Program-made: the position numbers and the translations under genes
The notes under the pieces: generated by a model
Told to the model about the DNA's origin: nothing
What the model saw: only the letters and a program-made list of their open reading frames with translations
Database searches by the model: none
Assembly: GCA_019429005.1 (NCBI GenBank)
Contig: JAHYJR010000003.1
Coordinates: 32,001-96,000 of the forward strand
Direction of reading: 5' to 3'
Origin: Nanobdellati archaeon
GTDB lineage: Archaea > EX4484-52 > GLR71
DNA length: 64,000 nucleotides
Part shown: positions 21,242 to 32,395 of the stretch, piece after piece
How the letters are laid out: every line of letters starts with the position of its first letter
Position numbering within the stretch: the stretch's first letter is position 1

Positions 21242-22288
21242 TTATTTAACAGATTGTGCTGAAATAGGCATATTTTCAACCACATACACATCATCAAACT
21301 TTACAAATAAAAGATATACAAATGACAAAATGCCTGTAAAAAACATCGCAATACGGAAAAAGAAAAACATTGTAAATGCAACCATCAAAGGATAAATAAA
21401 CTTAATAATATCAAAAAGATTTGAAAGCATCTGTAAATTATTATCTACGCTGCTAGAAACATCTAAATCATCAAACGTGGAATCAATTAAATCAAACTGT
21501 GCATCGATATTAGCTTTGACATCCTTATCAATATAAACCATACTGCTATTCAGCGCAGAAAAACATTTCTGACGTTCCAAAGGCGTAAGTCCATAAGATT
21601 CATCAAAAACAGAGTACAATAAAGCCTGCTCAAGACCCTCAAGCATCGCATAATTTGCATTTTTCTGAGACTCAATGGCTACACTCTGAATATCACCCAA
21701 ATCATCTTCAGACATATTAAGTGTTGAGGTAAGCATAGAATCAATTTCATTTGATGCCAAAAGCGGATTATTAAAAACATATATTAAAAGAGCAAATGTA
21801 AAAATCAATGAAAACACAGAAAATGCCTTTGATAAAGCCACCCCTGCAAGTTTCTTATATGGCGGTTTTTTATAAATATCAGAAATTTTTGCACCTTTAA
21901 AAACTATAAAAAATGAAATAAATACACTTAAACTTGCAACAATATTAAAAAACGTAAATCCACCAAAAAATAATGTGAAAATAGATAATAACAAAGGTGT
22001 TATAAGTATAGAATAATCGGATTTTAAATCAGCTATAACAATCTTAAAAAATATAATAAAAGGTATGGGCACAGTCAAAAGAAACATTATAAAATAACTG
22101 AAATTCATACCAAATGAAAAATCACCAGCAGACATTGCTGTAGAAATATTTGCACTAGGCGAGATAATCAAATCAAGATTAAAATGTGATAAGTATAAGA
22201 AAATAAAAGATAATATAAATGTAAAAACAACAAGCATAAGACCTTTATTTTTATCCATAATGACAACCATTTTAATATTATTTATCAT
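21242..22288 (-). CDS. Hypothetical multi-pass membrane protein with an acidic soluble loop
   Basis: About 6 hydrophobic segments. The start overlaps the stop of the 2,110-aa gene (ATGA). Confidence 0.75.
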   Translation of the reverse strand: MINNIKMVVIMDKNKGLMLVVFTFILSFIFLYLSHFNLDLIISPSANISTAMSAGDFSFGMNFSYFIMFLLTVPIPFIIFFKIVIADLKSDYSILITPLLLSIFTLFFGGFTFFNIVASLSVFISFFIVFKGAKISDIYKKPPYKKLAGVALSKAFSVFSLIFTFALLIYVFNNPLLASNEIDSMLTSTLNMSEDDLGDIQSVAIESQKNANYAMLEGLEQALLYSVFDESYGLTPLERQKCFSALNSSMVYIDKDVKANIDAQFDLIDSTFDDLDVSSSVDNNLQMLSNLFDIIKFIYPLMVAFTMFFFFRIAMFFTGILSFVYLLFVKFDDVYVVENMPISAQSVK

Positions 22289-25200
22289 ACTGTGTATTTC
22301 TCAAGAGTTTTCTGATTTGTTCCAACAGATTTAGATGATTTTGATTTAAAAACATCCTTTAATTTCTTAAAAAACTCTTTAACATCATGCTTAAAACCTA
22401 TAATAAATTTAGTCTGTTTGTTACGATACTCATAACTAAAAGAATTATTAGTATGTATTTTAGGTGCAACTGCTTTATGATGTGCAACAGCACCATGTGC
22501 AACAGCACCATGTGCAACAGCACCATGTGCAACAGCACCATGTGCAACAGCACCATGAGCAACAGCACCATGTGCAACAACAGTATTATAACTATGCTCA
22601 TGACCCGATTTAACTGTATCTGTTTTAGATTCAACATAATTCTTATATGCTAAATATAAAGCTGATTTACCTGGCATCATATAACCTTTATTATTATCAA
22701 AACCGGTCTCCTCTTTTGGTGGCAACCACATATACAGGAAAACACCAAGCATAATAATTATCAAAAATAAAACAAAAATAGTCTTAAATGTATCTAATCC
22801 GACATCAACTAAACCATTATGTACAAAACCTATATCTGAATCCAGTTTTGTTATAAGCTGTTCAATCTGATTCTTTTTATCGTATGCAGACTTATAATCG
22901 CCAACATTGACAGCACTTTTCAGATCTTTAAACAATGTATTAATATCACCTAAAGTCACATTCAAAACTTGATATTCACTATCATTAATCTTACCAATCA
23001 AGCTTTCAAGAACATCCTGAATTAAGGATATATTTGTTTCAATACCAGAAATACCATTAATCAGCACAGTCGTACTAGCATTATCAGGCAAAACAGAAAT
23101 AACAATAGAATCTGTTGTATTAAACTGTTCAGAACTGATTTTAACATTAATTGGTATATCTTTAATCCCTGTATTATTAGGCACTGTAATTTTAACAGAA
23201 TAAGTTGCAATCTGATCTTTACCAAGATATGAAATCAAATTTGGACTTATTGAATACCAATTACTTATGTTTTCACCAAAATCACTTGACGAAAATGCAA
23301 CTTTAAGATTTTTAACAGAGTAGGTCCCAGCATTTTTCAATTTTAAATCAAATGATTTACTTTCACCAACAACAATCTGTGGATTTGATTTATCAACAAG
23401 ATCAAATGAATAAGTATGAGGTAAACATTTATGTAAAGATACAAATTCTTTTGCAACATCACAGGATACAGAAGTACACACTGAATTAACACATGCTTTT
23501 GTAGATGAACAATCAGTATTCGATGTACAACTATCAGTATTTGTTGTCGTTGCTGTAGTTGATACTGGAGATTCTGCAGGTGGTGTAGTTACAACAGTAC
23601 AAGTAAATGTTGAGATTGGTTCATTAAGGTTTGAAGTTCTTTCAATCTTTATTGTTTTTGCACCAGAACACGAAGTTGGAATTACAAATGTATTAGCACC
23701 ATAAATTTGACCTAATGAATTTATAGATACAGTCTTTTGGAAAACATCATCAAAAGTAATATTTGCGTAAGTTTCAGATGCCGAAAAACCAGTTCCAGAC
23801 ACCGTAACTGTAATTGAATTCGCAACAATACCAGATTCTGGAGATATTGTAATAATTGGTTTTACAGTAAATACATTTGTAAATGTTTTACCATTAACAG
23901 TTATACTCTTCACACCTTCAATCAAAGTGCTTGACACAATGATTTGTTTTGATGTGAATGCACCATTAACAATCTCAAACGCAGAATGTGTCGTTGCTGA
24001 ACCACTAACAGTTATTGTGTTTGCACCTATTGTCTGATCTGAAAAACCCGTACCCGATAAAGTTATTATCTGGCCAGACGCACCATAACCAAGAATAGGT
24101 GTCAATGATAAAGTTGCAACAACAGTATAAGAATCAATAAATGTTTTCTCTTGGATTGTTATTGATTTTGAACCTTCACTAAGAGTCTCTGTAATTGTGA
24201 CCGAAACAGGTGCAAAAGTACCATCAGATGCAACAGTTATTGCAGCATGTGTAGTCGCAGAACCGCCTATAGTTATTGTATTTGCTAAAATTTGTCCAGG
24301 ACTGAAATAACTACCATTAATAATAACCACTCTTGATGCAGCACCAGTTCCAAAAGAAGGATTTACATAAATCAATGAATCCTCTAAATAAAAATTAGTA
24401 TCAAGACTGTAACCTTGAACTGAAAAACTACTCGCACCACCTGATAGTTCAGGCACAGTAAAGCTGAGATCTGTAAAAGAACCATTTACAGGCATAACAG
24501 CCCAATGCGTTCCAGAAACACCACCTATAGTTATATTGCTTGAACTTATAAGAGCATCTTTGAACCCAGTACCGTTTATAATTATATTTGTACCGTAAGT
24601 CCCAGATTGAACACTTGCTGAAATCTTTGGTTTTATTGCTATTGAAACCGGCGTTGGATTTGAAGTTCCAACAGTATCAATATTATAACTATTTTCAGGC
24701 ATTTCAACAACATTGAAACTTGCAGAGAAACTACCAAGATTTGTTGCGTTAACAGATGCAACAACAGTTCCATCAAAAATAACATTTACAGACTCATTTG
24801 AGGTAAATCCTGTTCCTGTAACAAAAATTGTGTCGCCTACATTTGTTTCTGTTACGTTCAAAAGTATTTTTGGATTAACTGTTAAAGTTTCAGAATCAGC
24901 CTCATCAGTATCAACAATATAAGTACCACTACTAATCTCGGGAACTGTAAACAACACTTTAAATGCACCATTACTAGATGAGATTTTATCTGTAGATTCA
25001 ATCACATTACCAACCAATAAATCAGATGGGATTGGATCATTTGTAACTGTTGTAAGATTTACACCATCAAAATCAATATAATAACCACCATAAGAATCAT
25101 TAAATCCTGTACCATACACAAGCACAACATCCCCAACATTAACAGATGTTGCATTTAAAACCAAATCAGCTAAATTTGTTGAAGTTGAATAAAAGAACGC

Positions 25201-28200
25201 GTCAGAAAAGACAACACCAAACACAGTCATATCTTTTACACCATAAGATTCATCTCCCAAATTTGGTATCTCAAACTTAAACCCATCATCAACACTAAAA
25301 TTACCATCAGAATATATTGTCCAGGGTACATGAGTACAATTTGTTGTATTTAAGAGAGTGGTATTCGCTAAAACAGAACCACTTGACTGATTAAAACCAT
25401 GACCAGTAAATTTTATTTTATAACCCGGACCACCAGACCTTGAAGTAAATCCTGTAATAAACGGAGATATATTAAAACCATCATTTCCATAAGTTGAAAT
25501 TGTTCCAGATAAATTACCATTCACACTCAACTGAACAAGACCAGCCAAATGATCCGGAACTATAATTGAAATATTAGACATAAATGTACCATCAGATTTT
25601 ACAGTAGTGCTTATTGGACTTCCAACTAACGGCAAAGTATCAAACTTAAAAGTATCAATACTTTCACCAGATACAAAACCGGTACCACTCAAAATAATAG
25701 TATCACCAAAATGACCACTATTTAAAGATAGTTTCAAACTAGGAACTAGATTAAAGGTATCATTTACAAATGATGCACTAAGATCTTGTACAGTAATCAC
25801 ACTATAACCACCAGATTTTCCAGAAACACTAGGTATTGTATAGTTCAATCCTGAAAAATAACCAGTTGATGGAATTACAATTTTATGTATACCTCTGACA
25901 CCATTAATAGCTATAGTATTCTGTAAAATAGCACCATCTTTAAAACCAGTACCTGTCAAAACAACAACATCACCGACACCCGCTGTGGTTATCACAGTCA
26001 CATTTATTGCAGGATTAACAGTAAAATTAACATCACTATATATTTGACCAGTTGAACCATCATTAGCACTTATTCGCCTTTGACCGTTTGTAGAATTAGG
26101 TATTGTGATATTAACATTAAAATTACCATTACTGATAGAATTTCCAGCACTAACCGAAACACCATCAAAATACACAACAAGATTACCACTCTGACCTGAA
26201 TTAAAACCAGTCCCCGTAACAAGAACAATATCACCAACAATACCAATTGAAGAGGAAATTACAACTTTAGGATCAATTGTTAATTGAGCTGATGCAGTCG
26301 TATTTGTACCAACCACTTGTACAGTGTAAGAACCTTGATTCTTATCAGAAGGTATTGTAAAAGTTATATTTGAAACAAAGTCACCATTACTTCCAACAAC
26401 AGTTGTTGATGAACTGATACTTGGACCACCAAAATAAATAGAACTAACAGTTTCACCAGGAACAAAACCAGTACCAAACACGTTTACAGTATCACCAATA
26501 TTGCCTGACGAATTATAAAGGATTAAATTTGGACTCAAAATAAATGATGTAGAAGTTGATGTAGTTCCAATAAAAGACGAACTACTTTGTATATGTGGTA
26601 TAGTCACATTTATAGAAAAAGCACCATTTGAATCAGTAACAAAAGTATCATCAAGAAAATAACTGGTTGATTTATTATACCTTATTGAATTCCCACCATC
26701 ATTTGCAGCAAAATTAGAACCATACACAGTTACAATATCACCAACATATCCCGAAGCGGCACTTAATTCAATCTTTGCAGTTTCTGAAACATTCGAATAA
26801 ATAAACAAAACATCACTAACACTACTAAATGCCGTAACATTACCAACCGCATCTACATAATAATAATTAACACCGCTTGGTTTATCCCCAACATCAACTT
26901 CAGATGAAAAAGTTCCATCTATACCAACTAAAATATTGCTAGACCCCCTAAGAATTCCACCAATAGTAACATTAACAATTTCGTCCGCAACAAATCCAGT
27001 ACCATTAACTAAAATAGTCTGACCCACAGCAGCTGAACTCTGATTCAATATCAACTTAGGAAGAATTGTAATATTACTGAGAGCAACAACAGTTGTCATA
27101 TTTTCATTACGAGACACATCAACAGTATAAACACCACCAGATAACGGAGGAACAACAAAATAATTAGATGCATTTGAAAATAACCCAGAACCAATAACCC
27201 CTGTTGGGATAACAACATTACCATTAAAAGTCACATTAAGTGATTCACTCACATTAAATCCATAACCAAAAACATAAACACTATCCCCTACATAAGCCGA
27301 ATCAGAACTAACATTAAGTTGCGGCGATACAATAAAACCTTCATCACTACGAGTTACAACAAGACCTGTACTAACACCAGAAACTGATACAGGATAACTT
27401 GAACTAGCATAACCAAATGGCAATTTAAACACAATCGGTGCTTCGAAACTACCATTAGCTAACACAATCGCTTTCTCAACCAAATATGTTGGAACAACAC
27501 TATTAAATTTAGCATTGCTTACAACATCACCATAAATAAAACCATACCCATTAATTGAAAGAGATTCACCTAAAATACCTGTTGTTGAATTAATAAGAAT
27601 TTTAGGAACAATAGAAAGCACTTTACTTGTCAAATTAGACTGTGATGTTGTAATATTAAGTGTTCTTGAAACAGCCGGAATATTTAAAGCAACATAGGGA
27701 ACTGTAAAATTATAATTAAATGTGCCGTTCACATTAGCCGAAATACTGTCATCATAAATAAAAACAAGAGCAGGATTTAAAAGACTGTAAGCCAAATCAC
27801 CAAAAGTCAGATTAATTTCACTTTCTAACGACTTAAAACCAGTACCTATTATCTCAATAACATCATTTGGACTCGGAGATGAAACATTCAACACAATTTT
27901 AGGCAAAACAGTAAATTCAAAAGTGATGCCTGTCGAATTATCACCACTCACAGTAACGTTCGTATTTGCAACATCAGATGCACTCTCAGGTATAATTATA
28001 TTAACTGAAAATAATCCATCACTTGTTGCATTCAAAGTATCATAACTTAAATTACCCTCATTGATAGCAGAAGTTACACCAGTCGCTGTAAAATTATAGA
28101 TAACATTACCACCAAAACTGACATTTAGATATTTCTCAACTGAAGCAAAACCATAACCATACACAGTTATAATATCACCGACATACCCTGAAGCAGTTGA

Positions 28201-28617
28201 TAAATTGACTTTAGGATTAATAGAAAAATTGCTTGAAGAATAAATAACATTTGACCCATTTGAACTAGTATAACAAAAACTTGTACTATTATAATAACAT
28301 AATCCTGTTACAGAAACAGTATAATTTGCCATGGATTTTAGAGGTACAATAAAAGATATCGTTGAATTGAAATTTCCAGTTGAATTTACAGGAACATCCA
28401 CAATATCAAATAATGTTGAACCAAAATAAACAAAACTTATTGTATCAGTTTCATTAAAACCAGTGCCAAAAATAGTAACATTTGTACCAACAACACCCGT
28501 TGAAACACTTAAACTTACCTGTGGTAAAGCATAAGCAGAAGATATTAACATCAAACTAAACAATAAAGAGACTAAAAACACAAACAATGATATCTTTTTC
28601 GGTATTTTATTAACCAT
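22285..28617 (-). CDS. 2,110-aa membrane-anchored surface protein with about 16 IPT/TIG-like repeats
   Basis: Signal peptide; repeated SGxVGDxITVxGxGF...GxF...FTVP units; Thr-rich linker; Cys-rich CTSNTDC; NEW3/CARDB-like Ig domain; helical stalk; TM helix (TIFVLFLIIIMLGVFLYMW); basic tail. Confidence 0.9.
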   Translation of the reverse strand: MVNKIPKKISLFVFLVSLLFSLMLISSAYALPQVSLSVSTGVVGTNVTIFGTGFNETDTISFVYFGSTLFDIVDVPVNSTGNFNSTISFIVPLKSMANYTVSVTGLCYYNSTSFCYTSSNGSNVIYSSSNFSINPKVNLSTASGYVGDIITVYGYGFASVEKYLNVSFGGNVIYNFTATGVTSAINEGNLSYDTLNATSDGLFSVNIIIPESASDVANTNVTVSGDNSTGITFEFTVLPKIVLNVSSPSPNDVIEIIGTGFKSLESEINLTFGDLAYSLLNPALVFIYDDSISANVNGTFNYNFTVPYVALNIPAVSRTLNITTSQSNLTSKVLSIVPKILINSTTGILGESLSINGYGFIYGDVVSNAKFNSVVPTYLVEKAIVLANGSFEAPIVFKLPFGYASSSYPVSVSGVSTGLVVTRSDEGFIVSPQLNVSSDSAYVGDSVYVFGYGFNVSESLNVTFNGNVVIPTGVIGSGLFSNASNYFVVPPLSGGVYTVDVSRNENMTTVVALSNITILPKLILNQSSAAVGQTILVNGTGFVADEIVNVTIGGILRGSSNILVGIDGTFSSEVDVGDKPSGVNYYYVDAVGNVTAFSSVSDVLFIYSNVSETAKIELSAASGYVGDIVTVYGSNFAANDGGNSIRYNKSTSYFLDDTFVTDSNGAFSINVTIPHIQSSSSFIGTTSTSTSFILSPNLILYNSSGNIGDTVNVFGTGFVPGETVSSIYFGGPSISSSTTVVGSNGDFVSNITFTIPSDKNQGSYTVQVVGTNTTASAQLTIDPKVVISSSIGIVGDIVLVTGTGFNSGQSGNLVVYFDGVSVSAGNSISNGNFNVNITIPNSTNGQRRISANDGSTGQIYSDVNFTVNPAINVTVITTAGVGDVVVLTGTGFKDGAILQNTIAINGVRGIHKIVIPSTGYFSGLNYTIPSVSGKSGGYSVITVQDLSASFVNDTFNLVPSLKLSLNSGHFGDTIILSGTGFVSGESIDTFKFDTLPLVGSPISTTVKSDGTFMSNISIIVPDHLAGLVQLSVNGNLSGTISTYGNDGFNISPFITGFTSRSGGPGYKIKFTGHGFNQSSGSVLANTTLLNTTNCTHVPWTIYSDGNFSVDDGFKFEIPNLGDESYGVKDMTVFGVVFSDAFFYSTSTNLADLVLNATSVNVGDVVLVYGTGFNDSYGGYYIDFDGVNLTTVTNDPIPSDLLVGNVIESTDKISSSNGAFKVLFTVPEISSGTYIVDTDEADSETLTVNPKILLNVTETNVGDTIFVTGTGFTSNESVNVIFDGTVVASVNATNLGSFSASFNVVEMPENSYNIDTVGTSNPTPVSIAIKPKISASVQSGTYGTNIIINGTGFKDALISSSNITIGGVSGTHWAVMPVNGSFTDLSFTVPELSGGASSFSVQGYSLDTNFYLEDSLIYVNPSFGTGAASRVVIINGSYFSPGQILANTITIGGSATTHAAITVASDGTFAPVSVTITETLSEGSKSITIQEKTFIDSYTVVATLSLTPILGYGASGQIITLSGTGFSDQTIGANTITVSGSATTHSAFEIVNGAFTSKQIIVSSTLIEGVKSITVNGKTFTNVFTVKPIITISPESGIVANSITVTVSGTGFSASETYANITFDDVFQKTVSINSLGQIYGANTFVIPTSCSGAKTIKIERTSNLNEPISTFTCTVVTTPPAESPVSTTATTTNTDSCTSNTDCSSTKACVNSVCTSVSCDVAKEFVSLHKCLPHTYSFDLVDKSNPQIVVGESKSFDLKLKNAGTYSVKNLKVAFSSSDFGENISNWYSISPNLISYLGKDQIATYSVKITVPNNTGIKDIPINVKISSEQFNTTDSIVISVLPDNASTTVLINGISGIETNISLIQDVLESLIGKINDSEYQVLNVTLGDINTLFKDLKSAVNVGDYKSAYDKKNQIEQLITKLDSDIGFVHNGLVDVGLDTFKTIFVLFLIIIMLGVFLYMWLPPKEETGFDNNKGYMMPGKSALYLAYKNYVESKTDTVKSGHEHSYNTVVAHGAVAHGAVAHGAVAHGAVAHGAVAHGAVAHHKAVAPKIHTNNSFSYEYRNKQTKFIIGFKHDVKEFFKKLKDVFKSKSSKSVGTNQKTLEKYTV
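22481..22579. repeat. 15-bp tandem repeat x6.6 encoding (AHGAV)n
   Basis: tgtgcaacagcacca in 6 full copies (one with a single substitution) plus a partial copy. Confidence 0.97.
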
Positions 28618-28762
28618 CTGATAAACCTTATAAATCGATTACTTAACAACTTCGCTAAAAACTATTATATATTTATGTGAATTGTTAAAAAATATTGATT
28701 TTTAACATCACATTTTGAACATCATATATCACTAAAATAATTAAGACATGTAAGTATAAATA

Positions 28763-29470
28763 TTAATATTCAATAAGGTTCTGTGCAATATCTGATATAA
28801 CTTTAGCAGGTTGAGATAAAGGCGAATAATCAACAACAGGCATACCTACAGCAATACTTTCCCTAACGTGCTTATGATCCTCAATTCTTGCAATAATGGG
28901 AACATCTAAAAATGAACCAATAGCATCTGATTTAATCTCAAAGGAATCGCCATGTATTTGATTGATAACAACACCTAATACAGTCTTAGACATATTATGA
29001 CATAACCTTAAAGCAAGAGCAACATTTGATACAGCAGTCAATTCAGGCGTAGTTACAAGCATAACTGCATCAGAACATGAAACGGCAGCATAAACTTCAG
29101 ATTCAATACCAGCTGCAACATCAATAATAACATAATCGTAATAACCAACAAGATTAGAAATCACATTTTTAAACCCAGACATATCACCATCTAACCTTGT
29201 AAGTGATGCTGGAATTATATCAACACCACTTCCATGACGATACATAGCACCCGATAAATCAATAGAACCATCAAGCACATCATTTAATGAATTATCATAC
29301 TGTACAAGCCCAAGATGAACACTTAAATTAGCTCCAGTTATATTAGCATCAATAACAGCTACACGTTTATCTAAATGACTTAATGCAACAACAAGATTGC
29401 TTACAAGCGTAGTCTTACCGACGCCACCTTTACCAGATATTACAGATATTACACGACTCACTCTAATCAT
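28763..29470 (-). CDS. minD: Archaeal MinD/ParA-family ATPase
   Basis: Deviant Walker A SGKGGVGKTT, DANITGANL, DYVIID, VTTPE, VRES...P. Confidence 0.88.
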   Translation of the reverse strand: MIRVSRVISVISGKGGVGKTTLVSNLVVALSHLDKRVAVIDANITGANLSVHLGLVQYDNSLNDVLDGSIDLSGAMYRHGSGVDIIPASLTRLDGDMSGFKNVISNLVGYYDYVIIDVAAGIESEVYAAVSCSDAVMLVTTPELTAVSNVALALRLCHNMSKTVLGVVINQIHGDSFEIKSDAIGSFLDVPIIARIEDHKHVRESIAVGMPVVDYSPLSQPAKVISDIAQNLIEY

Positions 29471-29614
29471 ATAAATTATAGCTTACAAGGTATAAAAATC
29501 TATCTTAAAGAACAAAAAATAATCTTTAACTTATAGAAAAAAACATTTGTCAAAATCAAATAAAAAGTATCCAAAAAATAGACTAAAACAGTTTAGAACC
29601 CCTTACTAAAACAG

Positions 29615-29720
29615 CTAAAAACAGATACAAAAACGACTAAAAACATATACAAAAACGACTAAAAACATATACAAAAACGACTAAAAACATATACAAAAAC
29701 GACTAAAAACATATACAAAA
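29615..29720. repeat. 22-bp tandem repeat x4.8 (CTAAAAACATATACAAAAACGA)
   Basis: Units start at 29615, 29637, 29659, 29681 and 29703; one mismatch in the first unit. Confidence 0.97.
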
Positions 29721-29739
29721 GCACATTAAAAACTAAGAT

Positions 29740-29775
29740 AAAATAAGAAAAAATAAATAGGGCGTTTAAGCCCTA
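29740..29775 (-). terminator. Hairpin plus U-rich tract after the S-layer gene
   Basis: TAGGGC-gtttaa-GCCCTA stem (29758-29775), followed on the minus strand by TTTATTTTTTCTTATTTT, 25 bp after the stop. Confidence 0.7.
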
Positions 29776-29799
29776 AAAAATAAAATAAGGTTAAAAACC

Positions 29800-32247
29800 T
29801 TATTCTACATCAGCAACAGTAATACCACTTACAGTCACTTCAGTTTTACCAGCAAGAGCGGAACTGAATGTGTTGTAGTTCTGTAATACATAAGCTGCGT
29901 TACCTGTATCAACTGCACTATAACCTGCAACGATTAAAGCAACGGAACCATCACCGAATGCATTATCAACAATTTGGATTTTTGCTTTATCTTTGTTGAT
30001 TCTTACACCAGTCTCGTCCTCAGCTCTCCAATCAGTAGCAGCCATTGCTTTACCATCTGCAGCAAGCTCAGCAACAAGTGTGTTTACAGCTGGACCACCT
30101 ACAAGAATTAGGTTTCCGAGTTTCTCTGCGTCACTCACTTTACTGTCAAGTTTTGCAATACCAGCAGTTGGAATAGCTGGAACAGATACAGATGCACTAG
30201 CACTGGATGTTGTACCATCAGTAGTTGAAGTTGCAACAGACATTCCTGGCTCACCTACGAATACTTGAGCTACGGATGGAGACTCAGCATAGGATATCTT
30301 TGCATTCAATGGACCATTACTATCACCAGATAACTCAATAGAAGTACCCCATTTTGTTATACCAGTATATAGGTATGTATCGCCAACTTGTGCAAGAGAT
30401 GCACTAGTACCTGTTAAGTAATTAGCAGTAACACCAGTTGATGTATATGCACTAATACCATATCGGTTTGTTGATGCAGCTGTATAAACTGCATTAACAA
30501 CAATTACGGAATTCGAACCAAATACACTATCAGGAACTCTATCAGCACCATCTTCAGTTACAGTTACAGTTACATCACCAGAAGTCTCATTTACAGCACC
30601 GATATCAATCTTTGCTGCATTAGGTGTATATATTGAAGTTACACCAGCATCCATAATATCACCATTTCCATTCATATCAACAGTCAAATTTGAAATTGAT
30701 GGAGTAGCTGAATTAAAGTCTACAACATACTTAAATGGTATACCTGCAACATAAAAGAAATTGTCTTCTGCATCATTATATGAATATATAGTAGTTGCAC
30801 CAGTTCCAAGATCTTTTATTGTTGTTTTGCTTGCTGTAGAACCTACATCAAAACTTGTTATTTGTAACAGTTTAGATCCAGTATCAGCTGTACCTATTGT
30901 AAAGTATTCAGTTTTTTTAATAGCTATACCTTCAGTAAGAACAATTGAATAGTTAGATTTATCTGCAAGATAAAAATTTGTTCCATCAAAGTGTGCAAAT
31001 TGAAGTGTAGCCATACCAGACACAGTTGGTAAAGTTATAGCCATGGTTGAACTTCCATCCTGTTTAACAGTTATAGTTTCCCTACCAGCAGCATTCATTG
31101 CAGGATCAATTCCATTGAATTGGAATTTTATTGCGTTAAATACCGGCTCAGTAATACTATTACCAACAGCAACAAAAGAATCTTCATTTGGTGCATAAGT
31201 AATTGTCAAGGAACTGTTAGTTACAGTAGCAGTAGCCCCCTGTATTGTTTCTTCATCCTTTCCAGCTTTTACAGCATTACTTTCAAAGATAAGTTTATCA
31301 GAACCTACGAAAAGTTCAGCATAAGCAGACTCACCAGCTCCACCAGCAGCGGAAGGTGTTTTAGTTGCAGTAACTGTCTTTACATATATTTTAGAATCAA
31401 AACCAGCTATAGAGATATATGATCCTTGAGCGTATGTATCAGTAACACCGTTTACTGTAATAATTGCTTTTGCAGGTATATCAGATGTCCATGAACTCAT
31501 CTGTATTGTTACAGTTTTACCTTCAAGTTCTACTGATTTCTGAGCACCACCAGCATCAACTGTCATTTTCTCGCCACCACCATATAATACTAATTTCGTT
31601 AGTTGAAGCTCATCTACAGCACTTGAGAATGTGTAATCTTTACCGAACATATTGATTGTTTTTCCAGATAATGTTGTATAATCAACAGCATTCTCAAACA
31701 CAACTTTCATTGTAGTAAGTAATTCATCTGTAGGAACATCCATATATAATGTTGGTGTTGTTACATCAGTTGTTGGTTTACCGAAAGATACAGTATTACC
31801 ACCAAGGATTAATTGCTGTGTGAATTTTATCTCGTCCTGCTTTGTATTAAGAACAGTTCCGTCTGCAAGAACATTTGGAAGATCAGCTGAAGTAACTCTT
31901 CTTTTTAAAGTATCATTTAATGCACCTTCAAGATATAAGTTAGTTGCAACGGATTTTACTTGTACACCATCTGTTACAGAAGCTGAACCAGCATCGCATG
32001 ATACGGAAACAGTCTGTGACTCTGCACCAGTCTGTGCTAATTTAGCACCTATGTTAATAGCTCCAACAACATCTTCTGTTGCTGCAGTTGCACCTACTAC
32101 TATAACTGAACTGATCCCATCCACTGTTGCGAAAGGTGCTGGATATTGATCAAGAGTTGTAGCTGCAGATGCTGGACCTAATAGTGTTGCTCCCATTAAA
32201 AGAGAACCCATCATTATTGTCCCTAATTTTTTCATTATTTTCTGCAT
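29800..32247 (-). CDS. S-layer protein (Methanococcales/DPANN type, S-layer N and C domains)
   Basis: Signal peptide; LDQYPAPF...IVVGATAATEDVVGAINI; C-terminal NLILVGGPAVNTLVAEL...ALIVAGYSAVDT. ATG at 32247 is preceded by SD-like AGAGGT. Confidence 0.92.
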   Translation of the reverse strand: MQKIMKKLGTIMMGSLLMGATLLGPASAATTLDQYPAPFATVDGISSVIVVGATAATEDVVGAINIGAKLAQTGAESQTVSVSCDAGSASVTDGVQVKSVATNLYLEGALNDTLKRRVTSADLPNVLADGTVLNTKQDEIKFTQQLILGGNTVSFGKPTTDVTTPTLYMDVPTDELLTTMKVVFENAVDYTTLSGKTINMFGKDYTFSSAVDELQLTKLVLYGGGEKMTVDAGGAQKSVELEGKTVTIQMSSWTSDIPAKAIITVNGVTDTYAQGSYISIAGFDSKIYVKTVTATKTPSAAGGAGESAYAELFVGSDKLIFESNAVKAGKDEETIQGATATVTNSSLTITYAPNEDSFVAVGNSITEPVFNAIKFQFNGIDPAMNAAGRETITVKQDGSSTMAITLPTVSGMATLQFAHFDGTNFYLADKSNYSIVLTEGIAIKKTEYFTIGTADTGSKLLQITSFDVGSTASKTTIKDLGTGATTIYSYNDAEDNFFYVAGIPFKYVVDFNSATPSISNLTVDMNGNGDIMDAGVTSIYTPNAAKIDIGAVNETSGDVTVTVTEDGADRVPDSVFGSNSVIVVNAVYTAASTNRYGISAYTSTGVTANYLTGTSASLAQVGDTYLYTGITKWGTSIELSGDSNGPLNAKISYAESPSVAQVFVGEPGMSVATSTTDGTTSSASASVSVPAIPTAGIAKLDSKVSDAEKLGNLILVGGPAVNTLVAELAADGKAMAATDWRAEDETGVRINKDKAKIQIVDNAFGDGSVALIVAGYSAVDTGNAAYVLQNYNTFSSALAGKTEVTVSGITVADVE

Positions 32248-32282
32248 ATTTATAACCTCTTTACTTATTTGCATAAAAAGCA

Positions 32283-32373
32283 AATTACTCGTGCAATCAA
32301 AATCTATCTATAATAGATATTTCTTAATTACTCTGCAAAAAGAATCTATCTGTAAGAGATAGTTCCAAATCAC
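32283..32373 (-). repeat. Imperfect 43-bp duplication with palindromic cores in the S-layer 5' leader
   Basis: AATTACTC(G)TGCAA...AATCTATCT at 32283 and 32326. Cores are TATCTA-taa-TAGATA and CTATCT-gtaag-AGATAG. Confidence 0.75.
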
Positions 32374-32395
32374 ATAAACATAGATTGTGTGAGGG

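Noticed and set aside
22387-22653. ORFs with (MCNST)n and (HMVLL)n repeats
   Set aside because: Alternative frames of the 15-bp repeat inside the 2,110-aa gene.
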